Source: an uncultured Acidobacteriota bacterium (GTDB lineage Bacteria > Acidobacteriota > Terriglobia > Acidiferrales > UBA7541). From it: DNA of 32,000 nt. The stretch is from the NCBI GenBank assembly GCA_963842135.1, contig CAWJFI010000002.1, positions 727,821 to 759,820 of the forward strand. Reading direction: 5' to 3'. The position numbers and the translations under genes are program-made. This document shows, one piece after another, positions 1-8,900 of the stretch. The notes beneath the pieces were generated by a model. The model was given only the letters and a program-made list of their open reading frames with translations, was not told the DNA's origin and did no database searches. Each line of letters begins with the position of its first letter. Position 1 is the first letter of the stretch.

Positions 1-693
1 ACCGCTTCGCGGGATCAGGTTGCCGACCCCCAGCATGATAGATGGCGACACCTTCAGGAAATTCAGTTTCCCAATGCCTGTAACGGGAGTGGCTGGGTCG
101 CTTTCATACGACGTGCCGCCTACAGAGAACGTTTGCCCGCCCGGGACGGTCGCGGTCGCTGACAATTGGTTGCCGTTGTAGAACAGGACTCCTGGGCTAA
201 CATGAAAACCCCAGAACGGGAACCAGTCGAGGTGGGCTTCCGCCGATTGGAACTGCAATTGGGCATTGTACGGAATTCCGTCATTCGTGATGGCCCGATT
301 GTACCGGAACATGTTGAATCCGCCGCGCACGTTAAATTTTCCGGCCAGCGGCGTGGCCACTTCGACTCCCACGCCCAAAGTAGAAACCTTCACTCCGATT
401 CCAACTCTCGAAAAAGCTTCGCCTCCCGCCTCTTTCGGGGCCGGTTCCGCTGGTTCGCTGACGGCATTTTCTCCGTTAACCGCAGTGGAATCATCCGCTT
501 GGACATCCGCCAGGTCCGTGGACATCGGCATGACAGTCGCCACCACCAGTTCATCCTGAGTTGCGCGCGCGACCACCGCGTTCCCGCCCTCGCGAGCATT
601 CGTTAGACTCGATTGGGCGAAACAGACTCCGCCCCAAGCAACAGCGAGAGATAGCGTCAGAGGCGCCATCCAGAGCGCCAGTTTGATTTTCAT
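1..693 (-). CDS. Secreted outer-membrane beta-barrel-like protein, N-terminal 231 codons; the gene runs off the left edge and is absent from the supplied ORF track
   Basis: My own minus-strand translation from the ATG (cat at 691-693), with GAGAGG about 6 nt upstream. It begins MKIKLALWMAPLTLSLAVAWGGVCFAQ (signal peptide), followed by alternating strand-like segments GIGVKVSTLGVGVEVATPLAGKFNVRGGFNMFRY...; the frame is open to position 1. The + strand ORFs 166-606 and 266-559 are shadow frames. Confidence 0.6.
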   Translation of the reverse strand, partial: MKIKLALWMAPLTLSLAVAWGGVCFAQSSLTNAREGGNAVVARATQDELVVATVMPMSTDLADVQADDSTAVNGENAVSEPAEPAPKEAGGEAFSRVGIGVKVSTLGVGVEVATPLAGKFNVRGGFNMFRYNRAITNDGIPYNAQLQFQSAEAHLDWFPFWGFHVSPGVLFYNGNQLSATATVPGGQTFSVGGTSYESDPATPVTGIGKLNFLKVSPSIMLGVGNLIPRSG

Positions 694-1166
694 ATTCTTC
701 CTCTCTATGGTTTTAGAAAGAGCAATTTAGGCTGTAATGTCCGACAAAATCTATGTCTATCGATTAGGATATGGAGACAGCGACCGAACCTCAATTTAAT
801 ATCCCAGGCATGGCGCTCGATTGGTATTAACGCCCAGGAGACAGCTTCCTGAGATTGGCGTCTGGCCGCCCCGGCGTGTGGCCCGACAGAGAGCGCCAGC
901 AGGAGCAACCGACTCACCTTGCGCTAATCCCTTCCCCCGGCATCCACAACCCCTAGATCGTGCCTAAAAAGCTGACCTTCTGAGATCATCGGACGGAGCC
1001 TTCGAAAACCTTGGTCCCCGGGTATCACTGTCCTTCTTCTGGCCATCCGAGCAGTTGTCTGATTGGCTCCCCAAAATTAATCTGCTTTACAAGATTTGAC
1101 GAATGGCCCGCGGCGAGGTATGGCGCTCGGCGGACTCGTTGCACCAACCCAATGGAGGACTTCAAC

Positions 1167-1628
1167 ATGATCCAAGTCGAAGCATTCCAGGAATTCCGCG
1201 CCGGCCTCGCGTACTTGCGCGGAGGCGATGCGAATAAGGCCTTGCCCCATCTCAAATGCGCACTCGAAGAAGAACCATCCAATCCTTTCTATATTTCCTA
1301 CATGGGAGTGGCGATCGCGGCGACCGAGCAGAAATGGGCCGAGGCGGAAGAACTTTGCCGTTCGGCCATACGCATGAGCCGACGCCAGGCGCAACTCTAT
1401 TTGAATCTCGCCGAGATCTACGTGGCCGCCGACCGCAGACAGGACGCCGCCGATACCCTGGTCCGCGGATTGCGCTACGCTCCACACGACCAGCGCCTGA
1501 AAATCGGCCTCGACCGTCTGGCGATGCGCCGCCCTCCCGTGCTGCCGTTCCTGCCGCGGGCGCATTCGATGAATCGCAATCTCGGCAAGCTGCGGCATCA
1601 CGCGATGCAGGTACTGGCATCAATTTGA
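1167..1628 (+). CDS. TPR-repeat protein
   Basis: Part of ORF 1011-1628. The ATG at 1167 has GGAGGA 7 nt upstream, so it is preferred over the listed upstream start. TPR-like helices: AGLAYLRGGDANKALPHLKCALEEEPSNPFYISYMGVA, AQLYLNLAEIYVAADRRQDAADTLVRGLRYAP. Confidence 0.6.
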   Translation: MIQVEAFQEFRAGLAYLRGGDANKALPHLKCALEEEPSNPFYISYMGVAIAATEQKWAEAEELCRSAIRMSRRQAQLYLNLAEIYVAADRRQDAADTLVRGLRYAPHDQRLKIGLDRLAMRRPPVLPFLPRAHSMNRNLGKLRHHAMQVLASI

Positions 1629-1666
1629 TTTGCTGAACTGCTGCTTCGGTAACATAGACGAGCCGG

Positions 1667-1930
1667 ATGATTGCGCCCGGATTCGCCCGGCGGTATCATG
1701 CGTTCCCAATGAAACGCAGCCTTGGTCTGTTTGTGTACACCGAGGAAAGAAATTGTCCTCTATGCGGTAGCGACCACGTGCATCGCACCAAGCGTGGACG
1801 CCTTTTGGAATTTTGGGTTTTGCTCTTCCTGCCTTATCGCCCTTACCGGTGCGGCAAGTGCCGCCAGCGTTTCTATGCCCCCAAGAAAATGCCCAAGCGG
1901 GAAGGTTTCGACGAACTCGACGAAGAGTAA
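1667..1930 (+). CDS. Small zinc-ribbon-like protein (CPLC...CGKC) with a central hydrophobic segment
   Basis: 87-aa ORF with two CxxC pairs flanking LLEFWVLLFLPY. It follows the TPR gene on the same strand. The start could instead be 1709 (MKRSL). No family recognised. Confidence 0.4.
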   Translation: MIAPGFARRYHAFPMKRSLGLFVYTEERNCPLCGSDHVHRTKRGRLLEFWVLLFLPYRPYRCGKCRQRFYAPKKMPKREGFDELDEE

Positions 1931-2039
1931 GACTTTGAAAAGCTGAAGCGCGGCCAACGCAAATCCCTCTCTTCCTGTCATTAAAATATTTCCTCCCGTT
2001 TCCTATTTTCCAAACCAATGTCGTACCGGCGCCGGATCG

Positions 2040-2213
2040 ATGCATATGTATTTGGAAGCGCGCATGACGGAGGCCAAGTTACTGCTCAAAATCGCGGAGA
2101 ATCAGGCGGCCGCCCTGAAACTCCTGCCGCGGCGGTGCGTAGAAACAAACAGCCGAACGTTGGCCGAGGCCATGCGAGGTTCGTCACACTTTAAATTACG
2201 GGAGGCAGTTTGA
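2040..2213 (+). CDS. Possible 57-aa small ORF translationally coupled to the downstream beta-propeller gene
   Basis: My own translation: MHMYLEARMTEAKLLLKIAENQAAALKLLPRRCVETNSRTLAEAMRGSSHFKLREAV. The TGA at 2211-2213 overlaps the ATG at 2213 (TGATG). Third-position GC is about 38/57 by hand count. The ORF falls below the ORF-track size cutoff. Confidence 0.2.
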   Translation: MHMYLEARMTEAKLLLKIAENQAAALKLLPRRCVETNSRTLAEAMRGSSHFKLREAV

Positions 2214-3271
2214 TGCGAGCAATATGGCGGTTTGTTTTTGCAGGATCAGCAGTATTTATTTTGCTTATTTGCGGCGCTGTTCTCGTGCATGTGGCCGTCG
2301 CCGGGCCGCAAGGCTCCGGCTATCATCAGGTGAAGAGGATCACTCTGGGCGGAGAGGGCCGTTGGGATTATTTCGACGTAGACCAAGCCACGCATCGCGT
2401 ATTCATCCCTCGCGGCACGCATGTGATGGTCCTGGACCCCGACGGCAAATTATTGAGCGACATTAAGGGCCTGGAAGGCACCCATGGGATCGTCTTTGCG
2501 CCGGAGCTCAAGCGCGCGTTCACGACCAACGGAGACGCGAAGTCGGTGACCATCCTCGATTCCGATACCCTCAAGGTCGTCGGTGAGGTCAAATTGCCGG
2601 ATCGGGCTCCCGACGGCATCCTGTACGACGCGGCTTCGCAGCGCGTCTTCACGTTCAATGACGAGCCCGGCTCCGACGCGACGGCGATCGACGCCAAGAC
2701 GGGCAAGGTAGTGGGCAGCGTCGCGCTACCCGACAAGGCGGAAACCGCGCAGGCCGACGGCATGGGCCACATCTTCGTCAACATCGAAGACAAGGCCGAG
2801 CTTTCCGAGTTCGACTCCAAGACGCTCAAAGTCTTGCATACCTGGCCGCTGGACCCCTGCAAGACTCCGACGGGGTTAGCCATCGACCTCGCTCACAAGC
2901 GGGTCTTTACCGGTTGCCGCAGCGGCGTGCTGGAAGCGGTGGACATTACGAACGGTAAGGTGGTTGCGACTTGGCCCATCGGCAAGGGTGTCGATGCAAC
3001 CAACTTCGACCCGCAGACCCAGTTGGTGTTCGCTTCTTGCGGCGATGGCACGATCACGGTCGCTCACGAAGACTCCCCAGACAAGTACACCCCGGTCCAG
3101 ACGATTGCCACGGAGCAGGGAGCGCGCACCATGGCGCTGGACACCGGAAACCATAACGTTTATACCGTGACCTCGGACTTCGGGCCGCCACCGGCGCCCA
3201 CGAAGGATGAACCGCGCCCGCGTCCGACGGTCATCTCGAGCACGTTCCGCCTGCTGATCTACAGCCGGTAG
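2213..3271 (+). CDS. Secreted YncE-like / YVTN-type beta-propeller repeat protein
   Basis: ORF 2210-3271; the ATG at 2213 has GGGAGG 8 nt upstream. N-terminal signal/TM segment (FVFAGSAVFILLICGAVLVHVAVAG). Repeated propeller blades of the form 'THGIVFAPELKRAFTTNG...SVTILD', 'PDGILYDAASQRVFTFN', 'PTGLAIDLAHKRVFTGC', 'ARTMALDTGNHNVYTVT'. Confidence 0.75.
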   Translation: MRAIWRFVFAGSAVFILLICGAVLVHVAVAGPQGSGYHQVKRITLGGEGRWDYFDVDQATHRVFIPRGTHVMVLDPDGKLLSDIKGLEGTHGIVFAPELKRAFTTNGDAKSVTILDSDTLKVVGEVKLPDRAPDGILYDAASQRVFTFNDEPGSDATAIDAKTGKVVGSVALPDKAETAQADGMGHIFVNIEDKAELSEFDSKTLKVLHTWPLDPCKTPTGLAIDLAHKRVFTGCRSGVLEAVDITNGKVVATWPIGKGVDATNFDPQTQLVFASCGDGTITVAHEDSPDKYTPVQTIATEQGARTMALDTGNHNVYTVTSDFGPPPAPTKDEPRPRPTVISSTFRLLIYSR

Positions 3272-3294
3272 AGCCGATGACTTACGGGGAACGC

Positions 3295-3336
3295 GGACAG
3301 GAACTTGAGGCCAAGGATCGCCTCAAGTTCCTGTCC
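3295..3336 (+). terminator. Perfect 17-bp stem hairpin after the beta-propeller gene
   Basis: GGACAGGAACTTGAGGC (3295-3311), 8-nt loop, GCCTCAAGTTCCTGTCC (3320-3336). No U-tract follows (atagaataag), so it is not a canonical intrinsic terminator. Confidence 0.5.
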
Positions 3337-3510
3337 ATAGAATAAGAATGGTGGCGCCTCTCCGCTCCTATGGATGCAACTCAGGAATTTTTTATAGCGC
3401 GCGGACTTAGCAGGTCTTGTGTGAAAAGTAGCGGCGGGTTCCGATGTCAGAGGTTCCTACGGACGGTCGTGATGCATACACCTGCGGCCAGGTTTCGTTA
3501 GGAGGATCGC

Positions 3511-3897
3511 ATGAAGGGTTATCTATCATTTGTTTCCGCTCTAGTCGCGGGTTTCCTCATCGTTTGCAGCCCCGTGTTCGCGCATCATGGCGGGTCAATG
3601 TATGACATGACCCGTCTAACCATCGTGAAGGGCACCGTCACCGCTTATGAGTGGGCGAATCCCCACGTAATGATTTACGCGGAAGGAATAAACAACAAAG
3701 GCGAAGTGCAAAAATGGAGCATCGAGACCAGAGGAGGTCCGAAGGTGTTGGCGAAGTCTGGCTGGACCAAGGACACCATTAAAGTCGGAGAGCAGATTAC
3801 GTTCGTCGGACATCCGAACAAAAACGGCTCGCCTAACATGCGTCTCCAAAAAGTTGTATTCACGAATGGCATGGAGCTTTACCCAGGGTCCGATTAG
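3511..3897 (+). CDS. Small secreted protein resembling the DUF6152 family
   Basis: AGGAGGA lies 6 nt upstream. The signal peptide ends in FAHHGGS. The pattern 'TIVKGTVTAYEWANPHVMIYAEG...KWSIETRGGPKVLAKSGWTKDTIKVGEQITFVGHP' matches my recollection of DUF6152 (AHHS..., V.W.NPH, GW.KD.LK.GD.V.V.G). Confidence 0.65.
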   Translation: MKGYLSFVSALVAGFLIVCSPVFAHHGGSMYDMTRLTIVKGTVTAYEWANPHVMIYAEGINNKGEVQKWSIETRGGPKVLAKSGWTKDTIKVGEQITFVGHPNKNGSPNMRLQKVVFTNGMELYPGSD

Positions 3898-4172
3898 AAT
3901 GTCCCGGAATTCTCGGCCGAGATTCCGCCTGTTGCCGCAAGAGTCTCCCGGGAGCCACACGGATGTGGCCTCGGTCGAAACCCGGGAACGCCAATCTCCC
4001 GATTGGCGGGTGGCATAACGCCCGCCGCGGCGGGGAGAATCGCGTTCCCGCGAATCATTGCCTGGTGATTCTTCGGCCAACCTGATCAAATGGGCTCCCA
4101 GGGACAACGTCTCGTCCTTTCGATTCGTATCCGTCATTGAATTTCCTGAGAAATGTGGGTTAATTACCGGGA

Positions 4173-5759
4173 ATGGACTTCAATTTCAGAGCGATTCCGC
4201 GGCGTCTGTTCGGCCCCGATTCCACGTCTCCCGGTTATCTGGCCGCGCGCTGGCTTTTTCTTCGGGCGCTCGGACTGATATTTTTTTCCGCATTTTATTC
4301 GCTCGCGTACCAGATTCGCGGGCTTATCGGTCCGAATGGGATCCTTCCCGCGCAGGACTATCTCGCCCAGGTGGCGCGCGTTTTGGGAAGCGCGCGTTTC
4401 TGGTACGCGCCCACCGTTTTTTGGTGGTCGGCAAGCGACCGCTTTTTGCTGGGCGTAGTCGTCGCTGGAATGGTGGCGTCGCTGCTGCTTGTGCTGAATG
4501 TTTGGCCTCGCGGCATGCTGGTGATCTGCCTGATTGCGTTTCTATCTTTCATCGCGGCGGCGCAGGATTTTGCGAGCTATCAATCCGATGGAATGTTGCT
4601 CGAAGCCGGATTCATCAGCCTGTTTTTTGCGCCCTCGGGATGGCGGCCGCGATGGGGAGCTTCGCAGCCGCCTTCGCGCGCCAGCCGGTATCTGCTGATC
4701 TGGCTGATGTTTCGCATTTATTTTGAATCGGGCATTGCGAAAATTCTGGGACACGATCCGGAATGGCGCGATTTCACGGCCATGGATCAGTATTATCAAA
4801 ACGGCCCGCTGCCCACGTGGATCGCGTGGTATGCGCACCAGTTGCCGCATACGTTTCATGCTGCCACGGCGGTCCTGACGCTCGCGCTGGAGTTGGTGCT
4901 GATCTTTGCTATATTTCTGCCGCGACGCTCGCGCATCGTTTTTTTCTTCGTGATCACCGCCTGGCAGATCGGCATCATTCTCACCAGCAACTATGCCTTC
5001 CTGAATTATATTGTCCTGGTCCTTGGGTTCCTGTTGCTCGACGATAAATTTTTGGCCCGGTTTCTTCCGCACAGCCTGCGGCCCGCCGCCGTTTCTGCCA
5101 CTGTCGCGCAGGTGACTGTGCCGCCCGATGCGCAAGCCTGGCGGGGCCATCTTGGCCTGGGGGTGCAGGCTATTTTCCTGACGTGGATTTTCTACGCGAC
5201 GTCGGCGCTCCTCCTCTTCATGTTGTTTCCAGCCGCGCCGCTTCCGGCGGGCCCGGTTCGCACGCTCGAACCGTTTCGCATCGCCAACGAGTTCGGGCTT
5301 TTTGCCGTCATGACACGCGAGCGGTACGAAATCGAATTCCAGGGTTCGCGCGATGGCCAGACCTGGACGCCATATCCCTTCCGCAATAAGCCGCAGGACG
5401 TGCATGCGCCCCTGCGGATTTATGCGCCCTATCAGCCGCGCTTTGACTGGAACCTGTGGTTTGCCTCGCTGGGCACCTGGCGGCAGTATCCCTGGGTTTT
5501 GCAGGTCGAGGAACGCCTCCTGGCCGGCGAACCGGACGTGCTTGCCCTGTTCGCAGGGAACCCCTTCCCTGGGCACCCGCCCGAGCAGATTCGCGTGGTC
5601 CTGTGGCAATACTGGTTCACTGGCTGGAGCGAAAAGCGCGAGCATGGTTTGTGGTGGCGCCGAGAACAGATTGGACTATACGCCCCAACGCTCGAGCGCT
5701 CACCTGGCGGAAAAATTGACGTTCTTGAGATGCCGGACACGCCCCAGAATCTACGGTAA
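4173..5759 (+). CDS. Lipase maturation factor (LMF1-like) family polytopic membrane protein
   Basis: 528 aa. N-terminal 'WLFLRALGLIFFSAFYSLAYQIRGLIGPNGILPA' plus many TM helices. The C-terminal 'YEIEFQGSRDGQTWTPYPFRNKPQDVHAPLRIYAPYQPRFDWNLWFASLG' matches the conserved LMF C-terminal block. Confidence 0.75.
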   Translation: MDFNFRAIPRRLFGPDSTSPGYLAARWLFLRALGLIFFSAFYSLAYQIRGLIGPNGILPAQDYLAQVARVLGSARFWYAPTVFWWSASDRFLLGVVVAGMVASLLLVLNVWPRGMLVICLIAFLSFIAAAQDFASYQSDGMLLEAGFISLFFAPSGWRPRWGASQPPSRASRYLLIWLMFRIYFESGIAKILGHDPEWRDFTAMDQYYQNGPLPTWIAWYAHQLPHTFHAATAVLTLALELVLIFAIFLPRRSRIVFFFVITAWQIGIILTSNYAFLNYIVLVLGFLLLDDKFLARFLPHSLRPAAVSATVAQVTVPPDAQAWRGHLGLGVQAIFLTWIFYATSALLLFMLFPAAPLPAGPVRTLEPFRIANEFGLFAVMTRERYEIEFQGSRDGQTWTPYPFRNKPQDVHAPLRIYAPYQPRFDWNLWFASLGTWRQYPWVLQVEERLLAGEPDVLALFAGNPFPGHPPEQIRVVLWQYWFTGWSEKREHGLWWRREQIGLYAPTLERSPGGKIDVLEMPDTPQNLR

Positions 5760-6006
5760 CTCTATATTAATCATTGTCATACATGGCCTTATATTTTTAT
5801 ACCCCAAGCCTCTCGCGTTCGCCGCATGTTTGGCCCGCCGCCTTAGTCCGACAGTCCTAGGACTATCGTTCCAATCCTTCAAAACCGTCGTTCTAAGGTT
5901 ATCGGGACTACCGTGCCATAGCCGCGGGCGAGCCTGGCTCCTAACCTAGTCTCACGTTGCAGGAAGCCACCAGCCAGGCGCCTGTAACGTACTGAGGATA
6001 GCGAAA

Positions 6007-6624
6007 ATGTTGCTCGCCATTGCCGTACTTCTGATTCATCCGCAGCTCGCCACCACAATTTCCTTGTCGGCTGACAAGGCCGTGATCGATGCGCCTGCGG
6101 CGATCCCAGCTTCGACGAGCTCGGCGGACCCTGAAAACTTCTTGCTAACTGCGACAGCTTCGATGGATGCCGCGATTGAGCCCGCATCCGAGTCCATCGA
6201 GGCGCTGCCGGATGCTCCTGTGCCGATGACGGCGTTGACAACTCCGGCGCCAATGGCGTTCCTGAAGGCGGGCAAGCCCATGACCGTGTCTGTTGCCCAG
6301 TTGCGCGCCGAGAATCGCCGCAAACAATTCATGTGGAAAGGCCTGGTCATCGCTTCGAGCGGCGCCGCAACCTTTGACGCCTGGTCCACGCGCTACGCCA
6401 TCACGACGGCCGGTGCGCAGGAGCTGGACCCATTGCTGAGGCCCTTTGCGGGCAATGCGTCGTTGTACGCGGCCATACAGGTCGGACCGGCGCTGATGGA
6501 TTTCGCCGGCAAGAAAATGATGTACAGCAGGCACTCGTGGGTGCGCCGCATGTGGTGGGTCCCGCAGAGCGCCAGCTTCGTCAGTTCAATTTTCTGCGGC
6601 GCGCACAATCTGGCTTATCACTAA
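6007..6624 (+). CDS. Hypothetical protein (Ala/Pro-rich N-terminal half; the C-terminal half is faintly DUF5658-like, 'GAQELDPLLRP')
   Basis: 205-aa ORF with GAGGA 9 nt upstream of the ATG, followed by a strong terminator. No confident family. Confidence 0.5.
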   Translation: MLLAIAVLLIHPQLATTISLSADKAVIDAPAAIPASTSSADPENFLLTATASMDAAIEPASESIEALPDAPVPMTALTTPAPMAFLKAGKPMTVSVAQLRAENRRKQFMWKGLVIASSGAATFDAWSTRYAITTAGAQELDPLLRPFAGNASLYAAIQVGPALMDFAGKKMMYSRHSWVRRMWWVPQSASFVSSIFCGAHNLAYH

Positions 6625-6679
6625 ACGCGCAACCCGTAACTGGGAGCCGCGAAAGTTTCTTCCCTCAGGCAAAAGGCGT

Positions 6680-6712
6680 GGCCGGGATACCCCCTCCCGG
6701 CCATGTTTTTTT
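6680..6712 (+). terminator. Rho-independent terminator
   Basis: GGCCGGGA (6680-6687), loop TACCCCC, TCCCGGCC (6695-6702), then ATGTTTTTTT (6703-6712). Confidence 0.7.
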
Positions 6713-6736
6713 GTGAGCATGTTCGTCGTTGCGGCG

Positions 6737-6765
6737 TTGCGACATTCCCTGAGCTGCTGTACTAT
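6737..6765 (+). promoter_or_regulatory. Sigma-70-like promoter TTGCGA-N17-TACTAT
   Basis: TTGCGA at 6737-6742, a 17-nt spacer, TACTAT at 6760-6765. It sits directly upstream of ORF 6774-8006. Confidence 0.4.
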
Positions 6766-6773
6766 CCCCGCCA

Positions 6774-8006
6774 TTGGAGGGTCTTACCATCGCCACGGCG
6801 GAAACCTTCGCGGCGCCCGCTTCTAAAGCCCTCACGGCAGCGGATACGGCGCGTCCCGGGCGCATGGTTTCGCTGGATGTGTTTCGCGGCGCGACCATTG
6901 CTGGGATGATTCTGGTGAACGATCCCGGCTCCTGGAGCCACATCTATCCGCCGCTCGAACACGCGGAGTGGAACGGCTGGACTCCGACGGACCTGATCTT
7001 TCCTTTTTTCCTTTTCATTGTCGGCGTTTCCATGACGTTGTCGTTTGCCTCGCGGATCGCGCGCGGCATCACGCGCCGGGCGCTCGTGATTCATGTGGTG
7101 CGCCGCAGCGCGCTGATTTTTGCCATCGGATTATTTTTGAACGGCTTTCCCAACTTCGATCTCAGCTCGATCCGAATCATGGGTGTGTTGCAGCGCATCG
7201 CGTTGTGTTATCTCGCCGCAGGATTGCTTTATTTGGCGACGTTTCAAAGGGAACCTGCCGCCGGGGGGCCCGCTCGCGTGCGCGCGAATCTTCGCGTGAC
7301 GTCGGCCGTTGCGATCGCATTGCTCGTTGGATATTGGGCGCTGATGACGTTTGTGCCCGTGCCGGGCTACGGCGCGGGGCATCTCGGCAAGGAGGACAAC
7401 CTCGGCGCTTACGTCGATCGCACCCTCATGGGCGGACACTTGTGGTCCGAGTCCGTGACCTGGGATCCCGAAGGATTTCTTTCCACGCTTCCAGCGATTG
7501 CGTCGTTGCTGATCGGGATTCTTGCGGGCGAGTGGCTGCGTTCGGATCGCCGTGCGGGGCGCAAAGCGCTGGGCCTCGCGGCTGCGGGGCTCGCGCTTCT
7601 CGTCGCGGGGCGATTGCTCCATCCCTATTTTCCGATCAACAAAAATTTGTGGACGAGTTCATTTGTGCTTTTCACCGGCGGGTTCGCGATGCTCGCGCTG
7701 GCTGCGTGCTATTGGATCGTGGATGTGCGCGCCTGGCGAGCGTGGGCAGCGCCACTCCTGGTATTCGGAATGAATGCGATTCTCGCCTACGCGCTAGCGG
7801 CGCTTGTTTCGGAAGTCAGCACCGATTTTGAGTTCCTCCATTTCCATGGCCACGAGACCACGCTACACGGCTGGATATACGATAAATATTTCGTGCCGCA
7901 CGCCAGCCCGGTGAATGCCTCTCTCTACTTCGCCATCTTTTTTGTTTTCTTGATTTTTCTGCTTCTGTGGCCGTTCTACCGGGGAAAGCTATTTCTGCGA
8001 GTGTGA
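6774..8006 (+). CDS. Heparan-alpha-glucosaminide N-acetyltransferase-like membrane acyltransferase (DUF5009/DUF1624 type)
   Basis: 'SLDVFRGATIAGMILVNDPGSWSHIYPPLEHAEWNGWTPTDLIFPFFLFIVGVSM' is the family signature, and there are about 10 TM helices. The start is ambiguous: TTG at 6774 (track) or ATG at 6864 (MVSLDVFRG). Confidence 0.75.
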   Translation: MEGLTIATAETFAAPASKALTAADTARPGRMVSLDVFRGATIAGMILVNDPGSWSHIYPPLEHAEWNGWTPTDLIFPFFLFIVGVSMTLSFASRIARGITRRALVIHVVRRSALIFAIGLFLNGFPNFDLSSIRIMGVLQRIALCYLAAGLLYLATFQREPAAGGPARVRANLRVTSAVAIALLVGYWALMTFVPVPGYGAGHLGKEDNLGAYVDRTLMGGHLWSESVTWDPEGFLSTLPAIASLLIGILAGEWLRSDRRAGRKALGLAAAGLALLVAGRLLHPYFPINKNLWTSSFVLFTGGFAMLALAACYWIVDVRAWRAWAAPLLVFGMNAILAYALAALVSEVSTDFEFLHFHGHETTLHGWIYDKYFVPHASPVNASLYFAIFFVFLIFLLLWPFYRGKLFLRV

Positions 8007-8182
8007 ATGGGTTTAATTCCAACTCTCAACTCAGCCCAGGATCATTTAGGTTCCACCGTTTTTTACAGTTTTTTAATAAAAGCCCCCTTTTTTAACCCTG
8101 CCGTAACATAGCCTTCCCACCGGTCTATGTAATATAGTGCGTTTGCTACCGGGCGAGGCTTGCCACGGCCTGGGATGGTGCG

Positions 8183-8893
8183 ATGAAACGAGTTCTGCTG
8201 ATCGAAGATGACCGGGACATTGTCGAGCTCGTCCGCTACAACCTCGAGCGCGAAGGTTTTCAGGTGGCCGCCGCGACTGACGGCGCCAGCGGCCTCGCGC
8301 AAGTTCGCAAAACGCCGCCGGACATTCTGCTGCTGGACTTGATGCTGCCCAAGCTTTCCGGTCTGGACATCTGCAAGGAAATTCGCCGCGATACATCTCT
8401 GAACCGCCTGCCGATCCTGATGCTGACGGCGCGGGGCGAGGAAGCGGACCGCGTGGTGGGGCTGGAAATGGGCGCGGATGATTATGTGACCAAGCCCTTC
8501 AGCCCGCGCGAACTTGGGGCGCGCGTGAAGGCCCTGTTGCGGCGCACGGAGCCTACGAATGAGCCGCGGCGCGTGATCGAAGCGCGCGGCTTGTCGATCG
8601 ATCCTTCCTCCTATCGCGTCGCGCGCGACGGCAAGCCGGTGACGCTTTCGACGCTCGAATTTCGCCTGCTCTATTACCTGGCGACTCGACCGAACCGCGT
8701 GTTCACGCGCGATCAGTTGCTGGACGCTGTCTGGGGCACCGAGCGCTTTGTGACGCCGCGCAGTGTGGATGTTTACATTCGCCGCCTGCGCGAAAAAGTC
8801 GAGGTCGACGCCGACCACCCCGCTTTCCTGAGAACCGTGCGCGGGGCGGGCTATATGTTCGAGAGCGAAGGCCAATCCGAAAAACAGGAGTAA
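8183..8893 (+). CDS. phoB: Phosphate regulon response regulator (OmpR/PhoB family)
   Basis: Receiver plus winged-helix domains. '[42 protein letters not shown]' is nearly colinear with E. coli PhoB '[42 protein letters not shown]'. It lies next to a PhoR-like kinase and near pst/phoU. Confidence 0.85.
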   Translation: [236 protein letters not shown]

Positions 8894-8900
8894 GTTTCCC

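Noticed and set aside
5844-5865. 12-bp perfect palindrome AGTCCTAGGACT (5853-5864), with a neighbouring TAGTCC, in the 250-nt gap before the hypothetical gene at 6007.
   Set aside because: It is a single short palindrome with no partner sites, no recognisable promoter context and no known motif. It is not enough to call an operator.
8040-8100. T-rich stretch (ccgttttttacagttttttaataaaagcccccttttttaa) after the acyltransferase gene, considered as an intrinsic terminator.
   Set aside because: No GC-rich stem precedes any of the T-runs on either strand. It may be promoter UP-element-like DNA for phoB, but I cannot support a specific call.
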